This document shows positions 22,096 to 32,612 of a stretch of DNA of 64,000 bases, piece by piece. The notes under the pieces are model-generated. The model was not told where the DNA came from. It did no database searches and worked only from the letters and a program-made list of their open reading frames with translations. Each line of letters starts with the position of its first letter. Position 1 is the first letter of the stretch. The position numbers and the translations under genes are program-made. Origin of the DNA: an uncultured Spirochaetota bacterium (GTDB lineage Bacteria; Spirochaetota; Spirochaetia; SZUA-6; Fen-1364); the NCBI GenBank assembly GCA_963781885.1, contig CAWAHW010000002.1, forward strand, positions 1,280,001 to 1,344,000. Direction: 5' to 3'.

Positions 22096-25000
22096 GTGTG
22101 GGGTTCCGTGCGGACGCATAGCCTGAAATCCCGAGCGCTGTTTCTCTGCCTGGCACTCGCCCTGGGAGGAGCGTCGCCTCTGTACGCCGGCGGGCAGCCG
22201 GAGTCGCGTCTTAGCCAGGCGGAACAACTCATCCAGCAGCATAAATATGCCGATGCGCTGAAGCTCCTGGCAACAATCCAGAGGGAGAACCCCGAGCTCA
22301 TCGATGAGACCTCCCGGCTCATGGCGCAGGTCATGGCCGTAACCCAGAGCTACAACAAGTTGCTCACCCAGCTCCAGGCGGCGCGGGTCGCGGGTGATGT
22401 GCCGGCGATGGAAAAACTCGTGCCCCAGCTCCAGAAGATCGATCCCAGCCGGACCCCGGAAGTGGCAAAGTCGACGGGCCTCCTCGTCGGATTCCTCAAC
22501 CTCATGAACGGGGCGAAAGCGCTTCTTGCCGCCGGAAAACCGGCCGATGCGCTTGCACAGTACCTCCTTCCCCTCAGCGACCCGGCCCGCGCCGGCTTCC
22601 AGCTTCCCGAAAAGGAGTTCGAGGCGGAGGGCCACGGCCCGCTGATCGTCGCCACCGTGGCCCAGGACGTCGCCCGCACCCTCGCAACAGCGAATGCGGC
22701 GTTGAAGTCCGCGAGCGACATGGCGGCGGTCCCGACAAAGCTTGCCGCCTTTCTCAGCAACTCCCTGTCCGCGGACAGCCCGCCTGCATTCGATGCCCTG
22801 ACCGCTCCGCTCGCCACCTGTGCGGAGGCCGAGGGATCGGCGCGCGCCCTGGCGGCCTCCCTGCAGGACGTGATGCTCGCGCTGCGCAAGGAATCGGGCA
22901 CGAATAGCGATTCGCCGTATCTGCAGTATCTTGTCTGGCTCTGCAACGGACGCGACGGGACCCAGGAGGGGATCGTCAATTGCCTGCAGCAGCTCTGGCA
23001 GGAAAGCGCCCGGGCGGCAGCGGAATCCGTCGCGAAAAATGCCGGCCAGTCATTCGACGCGGCGCGTGCGCGCTACGCGGCAGGCGCCCTGGATGAGGCG
23101 GAAACGGCTTTGAAGAATGCGGCGATCCGCAACCTGCTTTCGGTCAAGGCGGCGGCGCTGGCCTCGGCGGCCCTGAAGACCTCGGCGGCTTCCGGGTGGG
23201 GGATGTCGCCGGACGATACGACGCGCGCCGCGGCCCTTGCCGCGCAGGTCTCCATGGCGCAGGAGGCGGTGGCGGAGGCCGGGGCCTACCTGCTCCTGAT
23301 CGGCTACCGACGAGACTTTGCCGCGCTGCCGACCGTGAGCTCCGATGCGCCCATCGATGCGTCGAAATCGGCTGCCGAGGTGAGTCGCCTCACCGCGGCG
23401 CGCGGCGCGATCGGCGCGCGCATCGACGACTCCGCAGCCCAGGCGAAGCTCTGGAACGCACGCGCCGCCGACTGGGAAGCCAAAGCGACGGCGGGCGCGG
23501 CATCCCCGCAGGCGGCGCCGTCTGCGCGCGGCGTGGCTGTGCTTTTCGATTCGTTCGTCACCGACGATCTGCAGACGCGGGACGTCTCCTATGCGCTGCG
23601 CGTCGCCGCAATTGGCGGGAACACATTCCCGTCGCGCCTGGCCGCGGCCATCCAGCAGCGCATGAAGGGGCTGGACCTGCGGGATGGAACCGTAAATGGT
23701 GAGGTGCCAAAAGTCAGCGCGCAGGTGGAAAAGCATCCCGACCAGGCAGTGCCGGTCCTCGATGCCGCGAGCGCCAGTCTCGATTCCCTCATCGCGGACA
23801 TCAACGCGCAGGAGCAGCAGCTCCAGGCGGAAAAGCCGTGGGTGACGTCCAGCCCGGGCTATGAGGCGCTTTTCAACGGGAACTCAGCCCGGCCCGGCGA
23901 CAACCAGCTTCTGGCCTCTGCGCGGGATGAGCGGGCCAATCTCGACAGCGACAAGGCCGCGGCGCTCACCCAGATCGACGACGCGGCGCTCGCGAGCCGG
24001 GAAGGGGACAACTGGTTCAACCAGGCGCAGGCGGCGCTTGCGAAGCGCGATCCGGACGGCGCCGAGTCCTTCCTGGAAAAGGCGGCAAGCAGCTACACCA
24101 AGTCGCTGGCGGAGGCATTCTCCGATCACGCCGCGACCCGCACGACCAACGACCAAGACGACATGGCCGCAGGGATCGTGAAGCTGCGCAGCGCGATCGC
24201 GGTCGCCAATGCGCAGAAGGCGATCGCGGCAGTCAACCAGCTCCTTGCCGCGAAGGATTTCCTCGGCGCAAGCGACGCGCTCGATGCCGCGGCCCGCGAC
24301 TGGGGGCAGAGCCAGAGTGAAACCTACCCGCCCTTCGATAGCCTGCGGCAGAACATCCAGAACGCCGTGGAGCTGAGCCAGGGACGCGACATCTCCTCCC
24401 TGGATCCCAAGGCCGATATCGTGAACGGCTTCATCAAAAGCGCCCAGGACAACCTGGCCGCCGGAAAGCTCACGGCGGCGACGCAGAACGTCAACGACGC
24501 GCTTGCCGTGGCCCCCAACTATGGGACGGCAAAGGTCCTGAAGCTCCTGATCCAGAAGCAGACGAACCCCGTGAAATTCCAGGCGGATGCCGCGTCGCAG
24601 ATGGCCCTCTACACGAGCATGGCAAAATCCGCGGTTTCGGAGGATCAGCGGACAGCCTACAACGCGCTCCTGGACTACTCGAAGCTGGATCCCGAAATTC
24701 GCGACCCAGCTTGCCCCGACGATCCTGGAGCTGGAATACCAGCTCAATCTCGTCCGCAGGCCGCCCACGCCCGCCCAGATCGGCCAGTCGAATGCGCTCG
24801 TCGCCCAGGCAAATGTGCGCCAGCAGCAGGGCGCACCGGATGCCTACCAGGCGGCGCTCGACCTTCTGAAACAGGCCATCCAGGTGGACCCGGACAATGC
24901 CGCGGCGAGCACGCTCTACGGCCAGATCGTGCAGAGGAGGGACGCGGCCGCGCCGGTCACGCTGTCGCCGGCAGACGCGGTGAAATACGCCCAGGCGCGG

Positions 25001-25135
25001 GACCTCGCCAACAGCGGCTCGTACCAGAATGCCTATGACCTGGTCATGGAGGTCTGGAAGACGCCGCGCAACCAAGGCTATGCTTCGCTGAAGCTTCTGA
25101 AGAAGAAGCTCGAGGTCCTCCTCAACCTGTCATGA
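22096..25135 (+). CDS. Large exported alpha-helical/TPR protein, frameshifted near 24691
   Basis: Signal peptide; ORF 22096-25038 loses plausible sequence after KLDP and the natural continuation KFATQLAPTILE lies in ORF 24587-25135. Confidence 0.7.
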
Positions 25136-28100
25136 GAAGTCGCAACCCGTTTCGGCTGACGATCGCCTGCGCGCTCTTTCTCGCCTCCACGGCCGCCCTG
25201 GGGGCACAGACCATCTATTTCGATTTTCCCACCGTCTTTGTGCCGCAGAATGTGCGCTCCTCCAGCTCCGCGGCCGGCACGTCCCTCATGGCGCTCGCCT
25301 GGCAGGAGATCAAGCCGAAATCGGCCGCCGACGTGACCTCAGGCGACATCTACCTGTCGATCGCCGTTTCCCGCGACGGGATTGCATGGAAGAGCCATGA
25401 ACGATTCTTCGGGCCGATCCCCTATACGGGCGTCGCGGCGGGCAACCAGCCGACCGTCTATTCCATGGTGGTCGATGCAAAGGACCGCATCCTGGTGGCG
25501 GTGAGCGCCACCGACCGGGAGACCCTGATCCTGCAATCCACGGACGCGGGGGCGAGCTTTCAGCAGGTGCAGCGGGTCACGGCAAAAGCCTCCACCGTCG
25601 CACCCGCCCTTTTCGTCACGAAAGACTCCGGCTTCATGCTGCTGATCTCCCAGGGGACCGCGGACGCGGCGGCAAGCTCGTCCCAGTCAAATGGTGAAAC
25701 CGCGGTGGGCTCCGCGTCCCTGGAGTGGAGCTCGTCGCGTGACGGGCGCGCGTGGACCGAGCTTGCACCCTTCGTCTCGCCGGCAGACAAGCTCTCTGCC
25801 ACGCAGCTCCAGCCTGCGCACGCCGTGTTCCAGGGCCGCAACTACGTCGTCTTCGAGTCCCTGACCGCGCGCACCGAGGCGACAACCACCTGGCAGCTCT
25901 ACGTGAAGTCGAGCTCCGACAACGGAGCAACGTGGGGCGCTGCCGTACCGATCACGACGCAGCAGGGGTTGTTCGGAAAAGACGCGCTGAGCTTCAACAA
26001 CGAAAGGCCGCGCGTGGAGTCCATCGGGTCGCAGATGGCACTGGTATGGGAACGGGCAGGCTACGGCAGCAACAGGCCCCAGATCTGGACGCTCTTGCTG
26101 GACGCCAATGGCGCGCCGGTGGGCAGCCCGGAAATCGTTGCGCCCGCAACGCCCAGCAGGTTTGCCCGGGTGCTCATGCTCCGGGGTCAGGAGCGCATCA
26201 TCTTTGCCGACAGCTCCAAGGGGACTTCCCGCATCGCACTCGCGCAGAAGGAGGGCAAGAGCTGGTCGACGCAGCCGCTCAACAACACGGACGTCGTCGA
26301 TGCAATCTTCCCCCATGCCCTTGTGATGCGCGACCTGCTCTACATCTTCTGGGAGAACCAGGCCCAGTCGCAGAATGCGTCGGCCCTCATCCAGCTCCGG
26401 CCCCTCACCGCCGTGGGCGCCCCGGTCGTGAAGCCCGTGGATTTCGTGCCCGGGCAGCCTACGAACAGGGATACCATCACGGTGAGCTGGACCGAGCCGC
26501 AGCCGCCCGACCCGTCGGGCATCAAGGAATACCGCACGACCTGGAGCTACGGTGACGGCCGCACGGCCGTGGAGAAGGAGCGCCAGACCGTCTCGGCGCT
26601 CACTACCGTGGGCAAGCCGCTTTTCTCCACGCGCAAAGTGGACAAGGACGGCACCTGGATTTTTTCCATCGTGGCGGTCGACCTTGCGGGCAACGTGTCG
26701 CAGGCGCCGGCCACCGTCTCGTTCGTCCGGGATGCCACGCCTCCCCGGCCCGTAAGCTTCGAGGCGCGTGCGGGCGATGGATCCATCCTCCTGAGCGCCC
26801 CGGCAGAGCCGCCGGACAAGCGCGACCAGAACGCGTATGAGATCGGCGCAAACACCTTCACCCTGCGATGGATGCCCGCGGCGGGCGACACCGACATCGA
26901 CGGCTACACCTACAACCTGCAGCCGGGATGGAGCACGCTGGACGAGTACAAACAGTCGCAGGTCCCGCTCCTGAGCCCCCCCACCCGCAAGGTCACGCAG
27001 GCGACGGACCTGCCATTCAACAATCGGGATGATGGGGTCTACGTGCTCACCGTGCAGGCAATCGACAGGGCGGGCAATTTCAGCCCCCCCTCCACGGTGG
27101 CGGTGGCCCTGAGTCACTACCAGGTTGTCACGCGCGTGGATCTTGTCACGGCAGTGCGGGACGCGGTGCTGGGAACGGTGACGCTCACGATCAACGGCCG
27201 TGGCTTCACCGAGAACGGACCCATCCGCAAGATCTACCTGGATCGCGGCCATGCAAAGCCGCCATTCGACATGGACTTCGATCCGGTGACGCCGATCCGC
27301 GTCTCTGACCGGCAGATCACCGGCATCATGCTCGATCAGAACAGGGACTCCGGCTCGTATCGCGTGGGTTTGCTGCAAGACAGGCCAACCGGGCAGCAGG
27401 TGCTCTATTTCACGCCCGGCGCCGTCATCGATTTTGCCTCGCCGGGGACCGTGAAGATCGGCAACTTCCAGGTGCCGCTCCCGCGATGGTTCCTCGGGCC
27501 GTCCCCGACCGTCGTCCTGTCCTTCGATTCGCTTCTCGTCGTGCTCGTCGTGGCCTTGCTCGGCGTCCTCGCGTTTCTCGCCATCCGCAAGATCGCGGCC
27601 CTCGCGCAGGAGGGGGCGGCGGTGAGGACAGAGGTCCTTGCCCTCCTGGAGGGCAGGCCGAATGCGCGCTGGGAAGAAAGGAAAAAGCAGATGCAGGCTC
27701 TCAAGCGCAGAGGCATCGGTCTCCGATTGAAGTTCACCCTCCTCATGGTGATCCTCGTTTTCATCATCGTCCTCGGCGTGTCGATCCCGCTCGGCGTCCA
27801 GATGGTGAACACGCAGAGAAGGTCTCTCGCCGCCGACGTGCAGAGCAAGGCGAACATCCTCCTCGGAGCTCTGGCGACGAGCGCGGAGACGCAGTTCCGT
27901 GCGCAGGACCAGGGTTTTTTTGCCGCCGCGGACATCCCCGCCCTGAGCGCGACGATGCCGCAGGCCGAATACACCACCATCACCGGTCCGGACGTGAACT
28001 TCCGGCCCACCGACCCCAAGGACTTCGTCTGGGCGAGCAACCAGAAGAAGTTCGCCGACGAGCTCGCATCCGGGTCATTCGGCATCGCGCGCGAGCAGGT

Positions 28101-29931
28101 GAACGATGACCTTGCCCGAAAGATCGTGCCCGATCTCCAGAAGAAGATCGACGCGGACCTTGCGGCGAACCTGTCTCCGGCCATCGACGAGTACCGCGCC
28201 CTGCGGGGCCAGCGTGACGCGCTCACGGGAAAGACCGACCAGGCATCCAAGGACAAGCTTGCGGCGCTCACGACGCAGCTTGCGGCCAAGAGCAAGGAGA
28301 TCGACGCGCAGGCGCGGGCCGCGTATGAGAAGGCCGGGACGCTGGAAGCGTGGAACCCGGGCGCACGGCTGCGCGCGACGTATCTCTTCTACATGCCCGT
28401 CGTCTATTACAACCGCGCCGCCAATATCGCCGACACGACCTTCTACCAGGGAATGGTGCGTCTCCAGGTCAACACGTCCACGATCAACACGCAGATCGAT
28501 GATGCACGAAATGCCATTCTGCGGACCGCGGGGCTCATCGCCCTCCTGGCCATCGTCCTGGGCGTCCTGGGAGCGATCATTCTGGCGAACATCACCGTCA
28601 CACCCATCCGGCGGCTTGCGCGGGGAGTCGCGGTGATCCGCGACACCGAAGACAAGGAAGAGCTGAAGGACCATTCCATCGAAGTCGGCACGCGCGACGA
28701 GATCGGGCTGCTTGCCGACACGGTGAACGAGATGACCCGGGGCCTCGTGAAGGCTGCGGCGGCGAACAAGGAGCTGCTGCTGGGCAAGGATATCCAGAAG
28801 ATGTTCCTCCCCCTGGAAAAGGACGCGAACAACAGGGTCGGCACCACGGCGGGCGAGGAGTCCGATTCCGTGGAGATCTACGGTTACTACGAAGGGGCGA
28901 AGGGGGTCTCGGGGGACTACTTCGACTTCAAGAAGCTCGACAAGACGCATTACGCCATGATTAAGTGCGACGTCGCGGGCAAGGGCGTCCCCGCCGCCCT
29001 CATCATGGTGGAGGTGGCGACGCTCTTCATCAGCTATTTCCGTGACTGGCTGAAGAGGCAGGACAACATCACAAAGCTCGCCGACCCGATCGCCAAGAAG
29101 CGCGCGCTCGTCGAGGCGGACCGCATCGACCCCCTGGTCTACACGATCAACGACATGCTGGAAGAGCGCGGTTTCAAGGGAAGATTCGCCGCGCTCACGG
29201 TCTGCATCTTCAACTCCGTCACGGGAGTGGCGAATGTCTGCAACGCCGGGGACAACATCATGCACGTCTTTGATGCCGGAAAGCACAAGATGACCCAGGT
29301 GCGGCTCCCCGACGCCCCCGCGGCAGGGGTCTTTCCCTCGATGCTCGTGGAGATGAAGTCGGGATTCCAGCAGGTCCAGCACAGGCTGGCAAAAGGAGAC
29401 GCGCTGTTCCTCTTCACGGACGGTTTCGAAGAGGCAAAGCGCTCGTTCCGAAACGGGGGTGGCGAGATCATTGCCTGCGACGCGCCCGAGGTGAAGGACG
29501 GCGAGCCGCACGGGAATACGCACACGAAGGGCCAGACATCGGAGGAGTTCGGCATCGGCCGCATCGAGGCCATCGTCGCCGCGGTATTCGCCCGTGAGCG
29601 TTATCAGCTCGTGCGTCATCACCTGCCCGCGGCGGAGGCGCTCGATTTCGATTTCTCCAGCTGCGGCGGAACCGTCAAGGACGCCGTGCTGGCTCTCGTC
29701 TCGGTGGAGAAGGTTTTCCGCCTGATACCGGACGCAACCCTCGGCGCCGGCAACAAGATCGTCGTCGATGGGAAGGTCGATGTATTCCTCAAGGCGCATT
29801 TCGCGCAGTACGCGTCGTACTTTGCGCATCGCGTGGAAGGGCCCTCCGACGCGGCGGCGGTCACCTTCTCTCATTTGAAGGAAGACGAGCAATACGACGA
29901 TCTCACCATCCTCGTTCTGAAAAAGAAGTAA
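25132..29931 (+). CDS. Membrane sensor phosphatase: exported BNR/Ig-like domains, TM helices, HAMP and SpoIIE (PP2C) domains
   Basis: S-x-D-x-G-x-x-W Asp-box motifs, TRDEIGLL HAMP, SGDYFD, DVAGKGVPAAL, FTDGF, DDLT. Confidence 0.88.
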   Translation: MRSRNPFRLTIACALFLASTAALGAQTIYFDFPTVFVPQNVRSSSSAAGTSLMALAWQEIKPKSAADVTSGDIYLSIAVSRDGIAWKSHERFFGPIPYTGVAAGNQPTVYSMVVDAKDRILVAVSATDRETLILQSTDAGASFQQVQRVTAKASTVAPALFVTKDSGFMLLISQGTADAAASSSQSNGETAVGSASLEWSSSRDGRAWTELAPFVSPADKLSATQLQPAHAVFQGRNYVVFESLTARTEATTTWQLYVKSSSDNGATWGAAVPITTQQGLFGKDALSFNNERPRVESIGSQMALVWERAGYGSNRPQIWTLLLDANGAPVGSPEIVAPATPSRFARVLMLRGQERIIFADSSKGTSRIALAQKEGKSWSTQPLNNTDVVDAIFPHALVMRDLLYIFWENQAQSQNASALIQLRPLTAVGAPVVKPVDFVPGQPTNRDTITVSWTEPQPPDPSGIKEYRTTWSYGDGRTAVEKERQTVSALTTVGKPLFSTRKVDKDGTWIFSIVAVDLAGNVSQAPATVSFVRDATPPRPVSFEARAGDGSILLSAPAEPPDKRDQNAYEIGANTFTLRWMPAAGDTDIDGYTYNLQPGWSTLDEYKQSQVPLLSPPTRKVTQATDLPFNNRDDGVYVLTVQAIDRAGNFSPPSTVAVALSHYQVVTRVDLVTAVRDAVLGTVTLTINGRGFTENGPIRKIYLDRGHAKPPFDMDFDPVTPIRVSDRQITGIMLDQNRDSGSYRVGLLQDRPTGQQVLYFTPGAVIDFASPGTVKIGNFQVPLPRWFLGPSPTVVLSFDSLLVVLVVALLGVLAFLAIRKIAALAQEGAAVRTEVLALLEGRPNARWEERKKQMQALKRRGIGLRLKFTLLMVILVFIIVLGVSIPLGVQMVNTQRRSLAADVQSKANILLGALATSAETQFRAQDQGFFAAADIPALSATMPQAEYTTITGPDVNFRPTDPKDFVWASNQKKFADELASGSFGIAREQVNDDLARKIVPDLQKKIDADLAANLSPAIDEYRALRGQRDALTGKTDQASKDKLAALTTQLAAKSKEIDAQARAAYEKAGTLEAWNPGARLRATYLFYMPVVYYNRAANIADTTFYQGMVRLQVNTSTINTQIDDARNAILRTAGLIALLAIVLGVLGAIILANITVTPIRRLARGVAVIRDTEDKEELKDHSIEVGTRDEIGLLADTVNEMTRGLVKAAAANKELLLGKDIQKMFLPLEKDANNRVGTTAGEESDSVEIYGYYEGAKGVSGDYFDFKKLDKTHYAMIKCDVAGKGVPAALIMVEVATLFISYFRDWLKRQDNITKLADPIAKKRALVEADRIDPLVYTINDMLEERGFKGRFAALTVCIFNSVTGVANVCNAGDNIMHVFDAGKHKMTQVRLPDAPAAGVFPSMLVEMKSGFQQVQHRLAKGDALFLFTDGFEEAKRSFRNGGGEIIACDAPEVKDGEPHGNTHTKGQTSEEFGIGRIEAIVAAVFARERYQLVRHHLPAAEALDFDFSSCGGTVKDAVLALVSVEKVFRLIPDATLGAGNKIVVDGKVDVFLKAHFAQYASYFAHRVEGPSDAAAVTFSHLKEDEQYDDLTILVLKKK

Positions 29932-29961
29932 ATTGCCGATAGGGGAGTGGGCGGGAGAGAC

Positions 29962-31140
29962 ATGAAACGACACATACTTGCAGCGACGTTCGCCGTTCTT
30001 TTCTGCGCGGCGGCATTCGGCCAGGCGGGCACGGTTTCCCTTCAGAACCAGGAGGACGCGACATTCTACTATGTCGTCGACCCGCCGGATCTCGGAAACC
30101 TCACGGCGGACAGTCCGCTCCTGGAATCGAAGGTTGCGGACTTTTTTGCAGCCGACGGTGACACATCAGGCTTCATGGCGCTTGCGCCCCAGGCTGAGGC
30201 GTCGCTCGACAATCTCACGCCAGGGACCCACCTCCTGGTGGGCTTTTTCGCTCAGCAGGACCAGGACCAGTTTCCTGTCCGCGTGCTTTCCTTGCAGGTG
30301 GACGGCTCAACGGGCGAGCGCTTCTACGCGCTTTTCGCAGACTCGCCGCAGCTCACCGTTCCGCGGGGGGTCGGTCGCCTGACGGCCTTTGCGTCGGGAG
30401 GAGCGCAAGGAGGCACAACCGCCGCTGCTGCACCTGCCGGAGCCGCCTCTTCTGCCCCGGCGGACACGGCAGCCGCCACTTCCGCGGCCGCGTCTTCCGC
30501 AGCAGGGTCCGTCCCCGCACAGGGCGCGGTTGCCGCATCGGCTCCCGCAACGACTTCCGCATCGGCGACGCCTGCCGCCGCACCGGCGGGTGAGTCTCCG
30601 CTGCCGGCCATCGCATCGTTTGCGGCCAGTTATGCTCCAGATTATTTCACTCGGGAACAGAAAGAAGGGGCATTCGATGTTCTTCCCATCGCCCAGTCGC
30701 GGGCGTGGTCTCTTACCGGCACGGAGGTCACACAGCTTTCCGGCGCGCTGGACGCAAAGGCGCTACGGCTTTTGCTCACCGTTCCGGCCGGCTTTTCCGA
30801 GAACGTCTCCTATTTCTTCTACGTCTTCCCCACGCGGGAGGCCGGCAAGGAGAATGCCCTCACACTGGAGATACAGCCGCGCGCAAACGGCAATCGAGGC
30901 GCATGCCTGCTCTGGGAAAAGGGCGTCGATACACCAAAACTGATCGGCATGGTGAGCACGGGACAAGACAGTGTGGAGCTCGATATCGGGGCTGACCAGT
31001 TCGCATCGGCCATCCTCGCAAAGGCAGGGGACTCCGCGACCATCGACTTCACCGCGGGCTGGTTCGACAGGGCCCTGGGGACGTGGGAAGAGTTCTACTA
31101 CGGGACTTTTCCAGTCGCGGCCATTCCCGCTAGAGGTTGA
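29962..31140 (+). CDS. Exported hypothetical protein with Ala/Pro/Ser-rich linker
   Basis: Signal peptide MKRHILAATFAVLFCAAAFG; two globular regions separated by a low-complexity linker. Confidence 0.7.
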   Translation: MKRHILAATFAVLFCAAAFGQAGTVSLQNQEDATFYYVVDPPDLGNLTADSPLLESKVADFFAADGDTSGFMALAPQAEASLDNLTPGTHLLVGFFAQQDQDQFPVRVLSLQVDGSTGERFYALFADSPQLTVPRGVGRLTAFASGGAQGGTTAAAAPAGAASSAPADTAAATSAAASSAAGSVPAQGAVAASAPATTSASATPAAAPAGESPLPAIASFAASYAPDYFTREQKEGAFDVLPIAQSRAWSLTGTEVTQLSGALDAKALRLLLTVPAGFSENVSYFFYVFPTREAGKENALTLEIQPRANGNRGACLLWEKGVDTPKLIGMVSTGQDSVELDIGADQFASAILAKAGDSATIDFTAGWFDRALGTWEEFYYGTFPVAAIPARG

Positions 31141-32182
31141 AACGGATCAGGAGCACGTCGCCGTCCTTGACCGGGTAATCCTTTCCCTCCAGCCGCAGCT
31201 TGTTTGCCTTTTTTGCGCCGGCGAAGTCTCCGGCGTCGAGCACGTCCTGCCAGCCGGCAACCTCGGCGCGGATGAATCCTTTTGCGAGGTCTGAATGGAT
31301 CTCGGCGGCAGCGCCCACCGCGGTGGTGCCGCTCCTGATGCTCCATGCCTTGCACTCGTCCTCGCCGACGGTGAAGAAGCTGACGAGGTGCAGCGTGGCG
31401 TAGACGTGGCGGAGGAAACGATTCCGCGCCGGCTCGTCCAGCCCCAGATCTTGTAGAAACGCCTTCTGGTCGGCGGCGGGAAGCTGGGCGATCTCCATTT
31501 CCATGTCGCCGCGCATCTCGAACACGTCGATGCCGGCGGCCTTTGCCTCGGTCACCATGTCGTCATACGCACTGGATTTTTCACCGGTGTTCAGCACGAC
31601 AAAGAAGGGCTTTGCGGTGAGGAAGCCGAATCCCGCGAACAGCTTCTGATCTTCCGGCGGTATGAAGCCGGCCCCCAGAGGCGTCCCGGCGCCCAGCTTC
31701 TCCACGATGGACTGGAGAATCTTGTATTCCCGGCTGTCGCGCTTGGCCTCCTTGTCGAGCCTCGTCAGGCGTTTTTCAGCGACTTCGTAATCGCCGAAAA
31801 CCAGCGAGTCCATCACCTTGCGCAGCTCGCGCAGGGGCGTGGCGTCCTTGAAGGCGGGAAGCACGGAGTCGTTCTGGAACGCGCGGATCACGACCGTCAC
31901 CGCATCGGCGCGGCGCACGTCCGCAAGGCTCGCGGGGGTGATGCCGCCGTCGTCGCCGTGCTCCAGGGGAAGATCCTTGAATACCACCGACGCATGCGTG
32001 AGCTTCTTCGGGCTGAAGAGCGCGGCGAGCCTGTCCAGCCTTTCGTCCGGGACCTTCACGTCGGAGACATTCCCCTGACGCTTGCCGCCCGTGCTGTCTC
32101 CCGTGCCCGCCGATTGCCCGGTGAGGGCGTTGAAGATCGTGGTCGCCCCCGCGCGGGCGAGCCCGATGATGACGGTTTCCAT
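31130..32182 (-). CDS. ychF: YchF/DUF933-family protein with degenerate P-loop
   Basis: VPDERLDRL, FLTAKP, FFTVGEDE, IHSDLAKGFIRAEV, EGKDYPVKDGD. Confidence 0.85.
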   Translation of the reverse strand: METVIIGLARAGATTIFNALTGQSAGTGDSTGGKRQGNVSDVKVPDERLDRLAALFSPKKLTHASVVFKDLPLEHGDDGGITPASLADVRRADAVTVVIRAFQNDSVLPAFKDATPLRELRKVMDSLVFGDYEVAEKRLTRLDKEAKRDSREYKILQSIVEKLGAGTPLGAGFIPPEDQKLFAGFGFLTAKPFFVVLNTGEKSSAYDDMVTEAKAAGIDVFEMRGDMEMEIAQLPAADQKAFLQDLGLDEPARNRFLRHVYATLHLVSFFTVGEDECKAWSIRSGTTAVGAAAEIHSDLAKGFIRAEVAGWQDVLDAGDFAGAKKANKLRLEGKDYPVKDGDVLLIRFNL

Positions 32183-32283
32183 TCACACTCCTTGCATGCA
32201 GAGCTGCACGGCAGTATAAACGTCGTCATGACGCCTGGCAATCGCGCGTCCCGACGGGACCAGTGCGGGCGCCGTACGCACGA

Positions 32284-32604
32284 ATGAAATCGAAGGCCGC
32301 GAGATTCTTCTGCGAGACCTGCGGCACGGAAGTGTCCGCGGGGGCAAAATCATGCCCCGGATGCGGAAAGACGTTCACCGCGGTGCGGTGTCCGCGATGC
32401 GGCTTCGAGGGATCGGTGGTCGACTTCAGATCCGGCTGCCCGTCATGCGGCTACATGGAGCCTTCCGTGCCCACGGCAGCGCCCGCCGCGGGGGAACCGA
32501 GCAGAAGAAAACCGGGCTTGCCGAAACGGTACTACCGGATTGCCCTGATCGGGCTCGCCGTTGTTGCCCTGGGGCTTCTTGCCATTCTCCTCTTCGCGAC
32601 CTGA
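32284..32604 (+). CDS. Double zinc-ribbon protein with C-terminal TM helix
   Basis: Four CxxC pairs followed by a hydrophobic tail. Confidence 0.8.
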   Translation: MKSKAARFFCETCGTEVSAGAKSCPGCGKTFTAVRCPRCGFEGSVVDFRSGCPSCGYMEPSVPTAAPAAGEPSRRKPGLPKRYYRIALIGLAVVALGLLAILLFAT

Positions 32605-32612
32605 TGCTCTCC

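Noticed and set aside
126-29973. Long antisense ORFs (e.g. 126-2375, 13054-15096, 25687-27378, 28075-29973)
   Set aside because: Shadow frames of GC-rich genes with no recognisable motifs.
30410-30600. Flavinylation-like AATSAA stretch in the linker of the 29962 protein
   Set aside because: No Asp-anchored motif or periodicity; ordinary low-complexity linker. It also shows such strings can arise by chance.
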